The notes under the pieces: model-generated
Databases searched by the model: none
The model's input: only the letters and a program-made list of their open reading frames with translations
Told to the model about the DNA's origin: nothing
Program-made: the position numbers and the translations under genes
In this document: positions 37,192-50,400 of the stretch, one piece after another
How the letters are laid out: the number at the start of each line of letters is the position of its first letter
Numbering within the stretch: the first letter of the stretch is position 1
From: Nageia nagi
Taxonomy: Eukaryota; Plantae; Pinophyta
NCBI GenBank assembly: GCA_050084985.1
Contig: JBITNC010000002.1
Location: forward strand, 3,286,001-3,350,000
Reading direction: 5' to 3'
Length of the DNA stretch: 64,000 nt

Positions 37192-39870
37192 TGTTGGGGG
37201 CTTTTTCTTTCCTACCTTACTAATAGGCGACTGAGTTTGCAAGGCTTGTAGAAAGACACCAACACCTAAGTGATAGGGCATGACCCCTACCCTCTATGAG
37301 GACTGATTACCTCAAAGGTTTCATGATGGATGTGCAAGAGGTTGCTCAGGTGACTGGCCGAGATGTTTAAAGCTATCTCCAACTCAAATACTATTTGTTA
37401 ACCAAGGACTCAAAGGGTCCTTATCTCCTGAAAGCGTTTGTTTCTCAAAGAAAAAAATAAAAGGGTAGGTTGCGAAAGCCACACAAAAAAAATGAAAAAT
37501 AAAAGAAAAGATTGAATAGACAATGATATGTGAATTCAACATGAAAGCTCAATGGTCTCACCGACTAGTACAGGATTCAAGAATCAACTCTCATGGCTTG
37601 TCATGGGTTCCATGCACTTTGGATCTAACTTGCTAGTTAACAACACGAATGACCTAACAAGAGGAGCTTGAAGCTAAGGTGATGGAGATAGATGAGGAAA
37701 CGTGGGTAGACCCTGGACAAGGGAGTGAAGTTCCTATGTTAAGCGACATATGGGAGCCATCTCAAGGTGTACAAGTCTATAATGCAAACTATGAATTATA
37801 ATACAACCATACACTTCTTGCAATGCTTATGAAAATGTTCAAACACTCTTTTGTCCACCTTAAATAAGATTTATAAAATGCACCAAGTATTCAAGACAAC
37901 ATAAGGTAATAACATACATTTACATTCATAGTTCCAAATGAGAGCATTCACTATTCAATTACTTGGAATATATCACATTCACTATTCAATTACTTGGAAT
38001 ATATCACATTCACAAATTGAGAGAACTTGCAAGCTTGAAAGTATTAGGTAAGTTGTCCAATTTGCAAAAATCTCTAATCCCCTACAAGTGGGCCCAAATA
38101 GGCTATAAATAGTTTTTTCGGCAACCCTAAATGTTGCCTTAACCCTAATTTCAAAATGAAAGAAAATACAAATGGACAAACCACAAATTGCCACATGGCA
38201 TTACAAAATGTCTTCCAAGCTTGTGGGAGCAAATCCTCATCCATCACAAGCTTGGGAATTAAATAATCAATATAATAAAAATATTTTATCAAAATAAGTG
38301 TCTATTCTTGAAAACAAAACAACAAATTATGTAAATTGTGACTAAGATGAATGTGTGCCCAAAGCCTCAACGCATCCCTCGAAATCCTCATCCAACAATT
38401 TGGCAATGAATTCCAATCCATGCAGCATATCTGATAGCTTTGGCCCATTCCCAACAACACAATGTCCAACTTATTCAATCACCCTCTGCATGTCGTTCTT
38501 CCAGGCATAAGCTTTCAACAAGTGTCTCAGGTGACTTCCAGTCTGATAAGTGTTGACGTTATTGGTCATGATCAAGCTATGGAGGAAGTGTCTAACTTCT
38601 ACCACTACTAGGTCCTTATCCCTAATGGTGGCATCATTATCTATGAATTTGACCTGAAAATCCATCTGTTCAAGGCTGGTGTTAGCCTTGTCGTTGAGTG
38701 CTTCGACATGCTTCTGCACCTCCTTGAAACGACTAGCTATCTAATTGACAACACCCAAGTAGAACCAATAATTCTTGCAAAACTTCACATTCTCAACTGT
38801 CCGATCCTATCTCATCTCAAATTTTATTATCATTGGCTTTCGGGAGTCTAGAACACTGTGAAGGTTGGCTCTCTCCACCACAATGTCCTTTAACTTTTGT
38901 TCCTCAAGTGTGACCCTCTGTAATGCACCAATGAATTGCTGAATTACCTAGTTCTTTCGAGGGTCTATCTTCTTCTTCATCGAGCTCCTTAGAGGTTTCT
39001 GTCATCCATGATTGTGAAGTCCTATTTAGTTGGGCTCTTCTCTGTATTGTCTTTGAGGCTGGTCCCTTACCCTTCTTTGTGGATGGTTCTGAAGTAGCGG
39101 GATTTTGGACTACCTTCACTATCTCAAAAGATCTGCCTTCTTGCTATGTACTTAGGATGTTGTCATGTTGTGTTGAATTCACTTACTGTTCACCTTCTGA
39201 ATCTCCTACTTCTCCTTCGTCATGATTGTCATCGGGTTCATACCTGGGACTAAAGGATGAGGACCCAGATGGCGGAACAATGGGTGATGGTCATGCAACT
39301 TCTCTAGGTGGTCTGGATGGTGGGGATGGATCCTTCTTTCTGTTCCTGACACACCTCACCATCTTGTCAGTGGCCACACGTTCTAGCTCTCTCACGTCAT
39401 GCTCATCAATGGTGTTCTGGACTTGGACTACCTATTCCACTAGATTGTTGCCATGTATTGATGCATATTGTTCAACTGGTCCTTTAATTGTGGGTGGAAA
39501 CTGAGTGACCCTGGAGGTGGAGTCTTGTGGTCTTCTTCCCTTCTGCTGTGATAATCTTTTGTCGATGGTGGCTTCAACAAGCTGTTGTTGATCATGGGCA
39601 TCTTGTGCATTTTGTCATGAATCTTCCTCATTTCTACCTCATTGCTCACATTCCGGAAAGTTTATTCTTCTCTAAGTGGTTTATGTTCATATACTTTCGT
39701 CCTTTCCTTCATGTAAAATTGGTTAATCCTATGGTCGTGATCATAATGATTGGCGACATGCATCTTCTTGAAGTTAAATCTCTCCAGCTCATCCTTCATG
39801 GTGTCAACGTCTGCCCAAGTCTTGCACTGATATTCACCCACTCTGATCGGCATCTTGTGTTCTCCTGTTT
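37192..39870 (-). mobile_element. Giant LTR-like unit, copy C' (5'-truncated; same subfamily as A', retains the C-terminal half of the ORF)
   Basis: TGTTGGGGGCTTTTTCTTTCCTACC at 37192. 37192-38440 is collinear with 3540-4790. ORF remnants at 38471-38719, 38904-39119 and 39440-39853 (PIRVGEYQC..NHYDHD). Right boundary approximate. Confidence 0.8.
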
Positions 39871-41204
39871 TGTGAGATTGCTTTATTGTTTTGTTTTTAA
39901 GTTTCTTCTACAATTACTAGAACCAAATTTGCTAAAATTTTATTGAAAAATAATAGATCCTAACATCCATTAACTTCAGGAAGAGTAGATCTCCTAAAGA
40001 AGAAACCAAAAAGTTCAACAAAGTTCTTCCCCTTATATTGGTCCAGCTATCATTGAGAATGCTGCACACCTTCTTTCTTCAAATCTTTTTCTATTTCTCT
40101 ATAGCATTCCTAATGTTTGTGTTAGCCTTCTCAAGCAAAGGTCCTCTCAACTAATGGAAAGATGGTGCATTGAACCTAAAACCAAAAACTGCAATTGTGT
40201 TAACCATGTAGCTCCAATATGATGAGTTCTCTATATTAAAGGGAATTTCATAGTAATACCATGAATTACCAATTGCCTTTTTGGCTTCTTTAAATTTATC
40301 ATTGTTCCATGATGATTCAAGTGTGGTTTGGCCACTACGAGGGGTGAAGAAATCACACCTCACTGCACAACTAATGGCTGTAGAAATTGAAATGCTAAGT
40401 GGTTGCCTAAGCTTGTTGGTTTGTTCTGCATTGGCATTGGTATTGCCTTCTTCGTGGGTGGGAGGAAACCTTGGGGTTGGAGGTGGAGATGGGATAGATG
40501 GAGGTTTGGCCATTTGTCTTTATGTCCTTTTCTTTTCCTTCCTTTCTTTTTTGTTGGAAGTTGTTCAAGTAGGCATTAATTTGCCTTCGCATATGAACAT
40601 CCATCTAACATTTTGTCAAGTGATTCTCGCCAAATGAAACTTCATCTTTTATGGGCCTCCACTAACAACTTCCCCATAATAATTGGCAATAAATATTTTG
40701 GCCTGTTTTTCCAGTTTCTTTGCAATTAGCCCAAACAGGGTCCCTCTTTTCCCCTTCTAAACTCATACTTGCAGCTACAAAAAAAGCAATCCACAATGGG
40801 CAAGCAATGAGCATTAGTAGAAAACTTATCCACTAGAAAACAATAGACAAACTAGAAAGAAAACAATGGAAAAATAAATGGAGAAATGCCTAACAAAACT
40901 CAAAAACCAGTGGAAAAATGTTTAGGGACTTACTTTAGTGTGTTGAAATCTTGGTGAAAAATTAAAGAAATGATGAAAAATGTTGTTTTTCCCCTTTAGC
41001 TCACCTCCTCTTAGCTCCTGGCTGAATGCAAAAGTGAACAATGAGTAGTTTTTGTGTTTTTAAGTTGATTGCTATTCGTTTGGGATTGACAACGATTTTT
41101 TTGTATGATATTGTATTAATCCCGATTTTCGAGATTGATTAATCACCAATTAATCCTGCAAAATAGCCACATCAAAAAAATAAAAACTCATCTGATCTGG
41201 TCTA

Positions 41205-42287
41205 TGTGACATCCCATTTGGACCATTGACAAATTGTGTCATGGTCACTTTGTAATCTAGTGTTTGTTCAATGTCATGTTGTACATGTGTAACTCAAGTA
41301 GGAGCTTATGGGATGTGGATGCCATTGTGAGCCTAGTAATGGGACGTCTCCCCTTGAGTAGTGTTGTGTTAGTTTGTATTGGGTTATCTCGGATTGTGGG
41401 AATCCCTAGATAGGTATGAGTCTTGCGTAGGCCAAAGTGCATGGAGGAGCATAGCAGTGTTGGGAGGCCCCCACATACCCCACGTTAGTGTACTGGGCCA
41501 ATATGACCCTTCCACGTTGGCATGGTTGACCGGTTGACACCAACATTGGAATAGACTTGGCTTGGGATGATATCGAGGCATGGTGGATAGACACGGGGGG
41601 CTATATATTGAGGATGGAGCTCCATGATGAGGTTAGCTATTGATTATACTTCTATTACACTGAACCTGATTGGGGTTACAAGTCTTGGCGGTGCCGAGCA
41701 TTATTCCTAGGTGGTGTCTAAAGGGGTGATAGGGTTGGGAGCTTGACACTCTACTACTTAGGTGGGTCACCTAGTCCATCCGATGGTATTCCGAGGGCGA
41801 GCTTCTACCTTCAGTGGTTAGCTAGGGTTCGAGAAGGCTCCTTCCTAGGAGAGGATTCGAAGTCTGAGGGAGTTAGTCTATCCTATGGTGTTTGGCTTGT
41901 ACAAGGGTTTGGAACCCTAGGTCAGGATGTTGAGATCCTCATTTTATACCATTGTTATTCCATAATATAATCCATCTCATTGTGTCTCTCTCCATTGTGT
42001 TGTTCATTGATGTGTATGTGTTGTCTCTTGTATACTGGTGTTGGAAGCTCCATTGTGTTGTGTTTATATCTATGAGGCATTTGTTGAGGTGCCAAGTGTT
42101 ACTGTGTGCCCTAAAGGGCTGACGTCAGGGTGTAGGGGTTGCGTGGAGGCCTTGGGAGGCTCACGTATGCATTGTGTGGTGTTAGGGTGCCCTAGGGGCC
42201 CAACGTAGGTGTGCTAGCTTCATTTGTCGAGGGTTTGAGTTGCATAGTTGGAGTCGTTTGTACTGAGAGTGATTTTAGATCATCACA
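41205..42287. mobile_element. Solo LTR (1083 bp)
   Basis: TGTGACATCCC...GATCATCACA with perfect TSD GTCTA. Confidence 0.92.
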
Positions 42288-42875
42288 GTCTATGATTAAC
42301 CATCTGGTTCGAATTGTTGATTTGATAAATGATTAATTGCCTATTTTGGTGATTTTGATAACTATGATCAATTGATATAAGAAATGAAATAAACATAGGA
42401 GTTGAGTGTATTCAAGCCAGTATTTTGTATATGTAGGGAGAATGAAGCAAATACACAATTAGCATTGAATTACACCCTTGGCAATTTTGTTACAAGGTTT
42501 CAATTCAATAAAGTATATCTTATTATGTCTCTTATATCATTTCATATGTAAGCAGTATATTGTCACTTTTTGTTGTAATAATTGTATAGGATATAACTAC
42601 GATACCAATCTTTCCACTTCATTAATGGTTCATATTCACCTTGCAGAAAACTTGAATTTTATTGTTGTAGATGGGATTTTTTTTAATATTGATCAGCATG
42701 CCTGATTTGTGGAACGCACTATTAGATCCAATATCACTTTGTAATTTTCAAAAACATTTGATTCTTCAAGCATATGCAATGATACTTGTAGCTTTCCTTC
42801 GGTCCACACTAACTCTCGTTAAAATGTTTTATATTTTGATTATTCAAATGGAAATTTGTCAATTCATATTCTTTG

Positions 42876-44898
42876 TGTGATTTTCCAAAATTACCCTCAG
42901 CAAAAACAACTCTAACTACGGTATTCAAACCCTCAACCAATGAAGCAAACACACCCATGTTGGGCCCTTAGGGCACCCAAGGACACTACAATGCAGATGT
43001 GAGCCTCCCAAGGCCTCTGCGCAACCTTTACACCCTAACATCAGTCCTCTAGGGCAACACCAACACTTGGCACCTCAACGAATGCCTCAGATGAATATGC
43101 AATGCTTGAACACCCACGAATGCAATAAAGCTTCCAACACTGGTATACAAGAGAGACAACACATACACAACAATGAGCCACACAATGGAGAGAGACACAA
43201 TGAGATGTATTATATTATGATATGATGATGGAGTACAATGAGGATCTCAATAGTTCAGATCTAGGGTTCCAAACCCTTTTGCAAGACGAACACCAATAGG
43301 AAAGACTCACTCCCTCAGACTCCGAATCCTCTCGTGCGAAGGAGCCTCCTCGAACCCTGGTGACCAATGAAGGTAGAAGCTTTCCCTTGGAATAGCATCA
43401 GATGGACTAGGTGACCCACCTAAGTCATAGAATGCCAGGCTCCCAACCCTGTCATTCCTCTAGACACCGTCTAGGAATAATGCTTAGCACCGCCAAGACT
43501 TGAATGCCCAATCGGGTTCAGTATAGAAGAAGCATAATCAATAGCTAACCTCATCATTGTTAGGATTCAATAATTTCATATAAACAAGAGCATCAATAAT
43601 TCTCCTGCTCCTTGGCAAAAAAACAACATTCAAGCATACTGAAATCAAACAACTATGAACATCAATCACACAATGAGAGACACAAGAGATAACGTGGTTC
43701 ACCCAATGTAGGCTACATCCACGGAGAAGCTTTCAACCCTTTTGCATAACATTCTTCCAAGTCCTCCAAGCAACAAACCAGCAGCACAACCTTGCTACAA
43801 CCTTCACTTTGGAGCTACAACAAAGCCTCACTACAATCTCTCTCTCTCAGGCTATCTACATAAGCCACCAAACTACAATTACAAGCAACTCACAACTGCT
43901 GCTAAAACTACTTACAAACTTCAATCTATATGCCTCAACTCAAGCCTCTTATTTATAAATACAAACAAACCCAACTTAAACCCAAGCTGGATCTGGAAGG
44001 TCATGAGGTTACCCCCAACCCTTCAGTAACTCATATCCAAGTGTCATGGCTTCTTGGCAACGGAAATTTGGTGTCAAACGAGAAAAGAAATGCTCTCTGT
44101 TTTGGCCGGTTTTGACAGGGTCTGGCCGGTTGGCCGGCTGGCTGTAGTCTCCATTTTCAACAATCATGGAGCTCCATCCTCAATATATGGTCTCTCCTAG
44201 ATCTCACCTAGGAATCATGCGCATGCCTCTCTATTCAAATGTTGCCTAGGGATACCCGTAATCAGAAGATCTAATGGCTAGATATGCAATGCCTTGGAAT
44301 CATGCATCACAGATGCAATGCCTTGGAATCATGCATCACAGCTTAGACAAACCGTCCCATTACTATTGCTCATGCATTGAATACACATCACAACATACTC
44401 ACATCCCAAGGAGTGGGACGTCACATTTCAAGGGGTCAATATAGAGCTGTTCATAGATTTCCGTGGACAGCCAAGAAGTGGAAGACTGGTCCAGCTAACG
44501 AACTTCAAGAGCCCATAACTCCTTCCTCCCTTGATGAAACCATGTTGTGTGACTTGTCAAAACGTTGCCCACGAGATGCCCAATCCAAAGAACCAATCAT
44601 ATCAACTCGCCAAGACCTATGGCGAACTCTACCTTCTGAAAGGGGATGTTATAGGGATTCCCACAATCCGAGATTACCCATACACACAGCACTACATTGG
44701 GATTCCCACAATCTGGGATTACCCATACACGTAACACATCACTACTCAAGGGGAGACGTCCCATTTCTGGGCTCACAGTGGGTTCTACAGACCATAAGCT
44801 CCTGCTGGAGTTACACATATACAACATGAACATGAACAACACCTAAAATACAAAGAGGCCATGATACAATTGTTCATTGGCTCAAATGGGACGTCACA
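42876..44898. mobile_element. Solo LTR of the same family as 41205-42287, inverted, carrying a nested solo LTR
   Basis: TGTGATTTTCC...GGGACGTCACA with perfect TSD CTTTG. Reverse-complement similarity to 41205-42287. Confidence 0.92.
43558..44162. mobile_element. Solo LTR (605 bp, probably Copia-type), nested
   Basis: TGTTAGG...TTTTCAACA with perfect TSD ATCAT. Confidence 0.9.
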
Positions 44899-45570
44899 CT
44901 TTGTTTCTAATAGGTGCCAACACATTGTCATTTAATGGTTATTGCTATTTTTTACGAATCATAGAGTTGATCTTTTGCATCCGTTTTTGTGTATGAGCTC
45001 AATTAATATTAGAATTGCAATTTGATTGTATGTTTTCTTGTTAGAAAATTTGAAATTTTTACTTTGATAAGGCGGTTTTGTTTCCTACTAATTAGATGTT
45101 TTGCCAAATTGCCAAATTTGTTTAATTTGGCTCATTCGTTTTTGAATCAACCCTTAGTTCTTACCTCAGATATTTAACATTATATACCTAAGACTAATAA
45201 TTCCTTTTAAGAAATTGATCTAATAAAGCTTTCTAGTGAATGTGACATGAGAGAATCTGTAAGGTACAAGTAATTCTCTAACACTATTGCTTCACCTCCC
45301 CAGTTGAAAAAGCTCATGGATAGAGATGTCTGGTGGCTGGGCAAGGCCTTTATATTAGCATTCTCTGCACTACTAATCTCTTGTTCAGCTTACCACCATA
45401 TAAAACATATTGTTCTATGCATTGATGCCTTTGAGTTATATTCATCATACAACAAACTATTCATATATATTCTAATTTCTACGTGATGCTTCTGTACTGG
45501 ATTAGTTGATGTATGGTATATCATGTGGTAAAAGTTTATTTTGAATGTTCTCTTTAATACTTTCCAACAG

Positions 45571-45693
45571 GCATTGGAGAAATATGAGTATTGGCGTTTA
45601 GCTGATCAGAAACGTGCACCTCCTGGAGTGGTTGGATGGTGGCCATCACGGGCAGTTACCTTTATTGAGAATCATGATACTGGGTCAACTCAG
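45571..45693 (+). CDS. AMY3: Plastid alpha-amylase 3, internal exon (GH13 region IV; missed by ORF track)
   Basis: ccaacag|GCA acceptor, CAG|gtaac donor. Translates [41 protein letters not shown], 123 bp, in frame. Confidence 0.96.
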
Positions 45694-47456
45694 GTAACAA
45701 CCGTTCAACATTGATCACACTGCAATACAATACCAAACACCTGTGAGCTTCATCACTGCAGTATAATACACAGAGGTCTTCAATATTTTGAATAAATATA
45801 TTAGGTTATGCTTCTAATTTCTTCTCCCTTTTACTTTGAAGTTTTCAGTTAATTACAGCTGCATTTTAAATTGTTTCTCTTCTTCAATATCTTGTTTATT
45901 TACCTAAATTCAAATAGATGGAAATTCAAAGGTGTAAGAAAACAGATACTATGGTGATAAAGTATAAATAAAGATGGTATTCCTGAAAACCATGTTTGAA
46001 TTTCATAATCTCTAAAAAAATAGATGCAGATGGCCATTGATGAACCATTCTTTGTTCAAAACTTTGATCATTATGGATTGAGTTCTTTTGGATATGTTGT
46101 TTGTGAAGGTTTAAGAAAATGATATTGTTTTTAAAAGATAAATCTCCATAAGTGTTATCAGATATTTGCTAGTCTTGGGATGGAGAGAGCTTGTTTTCTG
46201 TTGGGATGCTTTTCTTTCCCGAGCAAGACACTCTGAATATCGCACGCGGAACTTAGGAGATCCCAAGCAACATAGTTGGGAATGCGTTACCAATTCCCCT
46301 GTTTGAAAAGGATTGGGTAACTCCAAGGCTCTTGTTGAAATGCTTACTCGACGACCTAACGTTATGACGTTCAAGGTGTGCTCGCTGAGCTCGTTTATGG
46401 TCTAGGGATAGATAAATAAAAAGAAAGTGCGGTATCCCTCTTTGGAATCAACCTCAATGGAATGGAATGAGAGGTGTGTAGCCTGTTAACCAATGGTGTT
46501 TTATTCTTTGATGTATAGAGTTTGTTCAAAACCTTTGTGTGTGGACTTAACGATTGTATTTGGGTATGAAAGCATAAAGATAATACTGTAAAAAGTGGAG
46601 GACAACACCTTGGAGAAAGAAAGGATACTTGGTTGGATATGAGTTCGAGGTTCACTGACGGGAAAGTGTCTAAGAGTTAATCTCTTCCGAATCGGTTAAG
46701 GGCTCTTCATCCAATTCATCCAACCTTGCAAGCAAACGACTTAGCGTTCGAATTGCTTCGAACAGGAGTGGGAAGGAATGCCAATTGTCGGTTCTCTACG
46801 AATAGGACCGATTCAATTAAATGGAAATGGAAGGTCTCAAAGTGAAAGGATCATGGTTTTGGATGAAGGACCTAGCAAGATGTCATGGAAGTAGAAATTG
46901 ACATAGAATACCCAATCAACTTGCGTGTTAAGGACCAAGCAACAAACATAGGTAAGCTACAAACACTTGTTAAAGTTTTTTAGAGATAACTTTCCTAAAG
47001 CTTGAGAGCTTTCAAAGGAATAAAACGAAAGTACACAAGCCAACTATGAGTGCCTTCAAAGAATCAATCTATAACACCAATATGAAAAGTATCAAACTCA
47101 AGTCTTTGCATTAACCACTTTGTACTAAATTTTGAAAAAGGAGGTGCCAAAATTTACAATAAGCTCTCAATTCTCAAAATATCTCTCTTCAAGCTTGAAG
47201 TGTTTGCTTCAGAATGAAGTCCTTACAAAAGTGAGACCCTTGGTCTCTTACTTATCGAGTTTTGGAAACCCTAAAGTGACTTTTGAAACCCTAGAAATGA
47301 GTTTTAAAACCCTAACCCTAAGTGTAACACTAACAATTATTTACAAGCTAATTGAAAATGCTAATTAAGATTACAATTGGACTTAGTGGAAATCCACTAA
47401 GTTGGCCAAATATTTGGCTTACATATCAAAAACTTGCAAAAATAAATCCCTTTCTA

Positions 47457-50400
47457 TTATGGCAATTGTGGGAAGATGCCTTGCACGTTTGTGGCGATTT
47501 TGGCTTCAAAGTCATCTCCATTGAACGCTTCTACGTTCTTGATGGCGCGATGGATTGTCTGGAGGGCTCCTTCGTTTGATAGCAGGTGCTCTAGGATGGC
47601 CTTATTGGTTTTGACCATTTCCTTGCACAAATCAGCCAATCTCATCTGTCTTGTCATCTGTTTTCTTGTCTTCAGGTTGTGTGGATCCTCGGGACACAAC
47701 TGCTCTGCAATAGTGGCGTGGATCATTGTCATCACTCTCATATACTCCTTAATGCTGCCTTTTTCCTCAAACAAGGGTACCTGGAGTTCATATTCCCTTA
47801 CTTGTTCACTGATAACGGCCTTGAGTTGAGTTTTGTTGTATATGAAGTTGGTGGACTTGGCTTTGATGTAGAACAAATAATCATACAATTGGAACCAATC
47901 TATGCAAAAATCTAGCACCAAAGGATGATGGGTTGCCCTTCTTCGTAGGTCAAACATTGTAGGATACCCACTCTTCCACCTGATGATCAACTGGTCTATT
48001 TTCTTTGCTTGAGAATGCGACCCCTCCTCCTCAATATAAATATTTACCATGCTTGAGTGGAGTGCTTTGATAGCTTCGATAAGGTCCTTGTTCCATCCTT
48101 GTTTCAGAGCGACAATTCTAGTATTTAAGTCAACCTGCTTTTTGATGTCTTCAACTGTCAAATTAGCAACCTTGACTTCTTTGTCAATCATTTCTTGACT
48201 CGTCACTTTCTTCTTCAGCTTTTGGATCTCTAGCTTTAATAAGGTATCGGATTCCCTCAATGCCCGTGCATTTGTGATGATTCTGTGTTCCATTCCCAAT
48301 GGGCGAACAATCTCTGTAGGGGCCTCTTTTGTTTCAATTGTGAGGGCAAACTTTCCGGTGCCAGCCTTGTTCTTTCTGGAGTAGAGTTTGTCCTCGTAGG
48401 TGACGTTACCTACACTGGTTGGTGAGACTATCAATCTGCTGAAGTTCCTCATTTTCATCTTCGGAATCTTCTCCTTCGCAAGGGTGATTTGAACTCAAAT
48501 TAGCCATCACTGCAGCCATATCGAAGTGGGGTTCCATGGGTTGTTTTCTATAGGGAACCATCTCTTCGTCTTCGATGATCTTGACATCATGCTCTACTTG
48601 TCTTCTTTTTCTCCCTTGTTCTTCATTTTCTCCCTCATCCTTTTGATTTCCATCATCTCCCCGTGAAGATGATGCCATTGTCCTGGGTCTGTAAGTACCC
48701 TTCTGAGCTGATATTGTCGTAGTTCTCCGAGATGGTGGCGCTTGTGACGTCTGTTTCTGAAGAACGGATTTTGGGGTGCTTGCTCTTGCTGCTTGCTGTA
48801 CAATCATATTAATTGAGGGATTGCCCTCGTTAAGGATCTCTACTGAATGATCAGTGTCGACCCTATCAAAGGCAATATCTTGGGTTATCTCCATGTCTGT
48901 GTTGATGACTGCAGTAAGATCCATCTCTTCATCAGACTCTGATGAGTCACTTGGTCCATATTTGTCGGAATTGGATGATGATGTGTTGGGGTTTTGATTC
49001 AGGCGCATACCACTCCGATTCAAACCTTGTGGGAGATTTATCTTTTTCTGCAAGTCTTTGAATGGTTGAGAGATCAGGCCTACTCTTCTGAGGTCCAGGA
49101 TTTCAATCCTCTAACTAATGACAGTTGTTTCAATGGTTTGTCCGAGGATGCTATTGGTAGCATACTACCTGTTTGGTCCTTAAGCCAGGGTTACTAAAGT
49201 GGATATTATGGGAAAAACATACCCATGGCTTGGGGGTACGGAGACTTGTGCATTGGCTCTTAACCTGGTAGCTTCTTTGGCTCCGTGCTGTTTTTGTTAT
49301 TTTTTCAGCTCCTTGTGAATCTATTGAACCTACAGGGTGTCCTGAATGTTCCTGTACCTCTCAATGCTACAAAGGGATTGGTGTGGATATGATGAGCTCC
49401 ATGTCTTTTGGAAAAATGCATCAATTACTCCATCGGGATCATAGTGATCCGCAACTACTTTGGTTGGAAACTCATACAATGCCAACTCTTGTTTAATCAT
49501 GTCAATCTGTTGCCAGTTGGTGCATTCATAATTTTCGATGACGATAGGTAATTGGTAAGTGGTCGCCGTCTTCTTTACCCATACCTTGTCATGCATGTTT
49601 AGCAAGTGTCTTGAAAATTCCATGAGGATGGTACGATCACTTGCGTAATGGGGTAGCTTATAAGGGGCTTCTTTGGAGACATAGACCTTGTGGTAGGTGA
49701 ACTCTATGTCTTCTGCAAAGAAGTCTTCATGTCCCTTGATAGCAGCAATAGCCTCATTGGATATTCGGAGTACATTGGCTTTGCCCATGATCTCTTTGTA
49801 AATTTTGCCTTCAAAACTGTCGGTCATTATCTTCCAGTTTCCATTGTTCCATTTGTTATGAGCAAAGAACCGTGGGTAGTTTTCCCACACTGGATGTGTC
49901 GGGTCATAAAGATACTAGTTATTGGTGATTGAGGTTACCCTCTCCCTTTCGTGAAGGAGTACGTAAACCAGGTAGGAGTTCATATAGACTTTCGTGCTCA
50001 TTTGGATATTTTTCAGTTGTTGAGCCAAAAAATCACTAATTACTCTACTCCACCTTATGCCTTTACCATTGCTGATCAACTCTATAAACCCTGCGAATTC
50101 CGGTCGGAATTTGGTGTCGTCTTTCTATCCAGTCACTCTGGAAAGCATTGATATTAGTCTGGAGACTACTGGATAGAATTCTTCTCTGTTTGGCATTGCT
50201 AAGGCTCTCCCTATGAGATGTTTGCGGTCATTGGCCAACCAATCTCTGATCAAATCAGCTGAAGGTTTCAGACTTTTGTAGAACCTCATGGAGTCCTGTA
50301 CGCTGTCTGATAGGCCTTCGTTTTTCCAAGCGAACACGTTCTCTATTCCTTCCTCAGAGAAGTCCATGATTACCTTGTTCCTTATGTTGAGGAGTCTCCG

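Larger units (their letters stand above)
31564..40790 (-). pseudogene. Fragmented hAT transposase (DUF659-type core plus dimerisation domain)
   Basis: 40151-40513 (IPFNIENSSYW..FNAPSFH), 36956-37168 (YWTPCVVHCLNSLLKDI), 36328-36561 (DKPSMGYLYKVMDRAKEAI), and AIRI|LSQPFSASGCE*NWS..RLNDLFFVHYN across the 36004/32166 junction. Confidence 0.88.
29853..42366 (-). mobile_element. hAT DNA transposon (12.5 kb including four nested insertions)
   Basis: TIRs CATAGTTATTAGAATC / GATTTTGATAACTATG, 8-bp TSD ATCACTTG / ATCAATTG (7/8). Transposase remnants on the minus strand. Confidence 0.9.

Noticed and set aside
3540-39870. A' and C' as paired LTRs of one element
   Set aside because: They are 33 kb apart with host exons between, and each interrupts a different host sequence.
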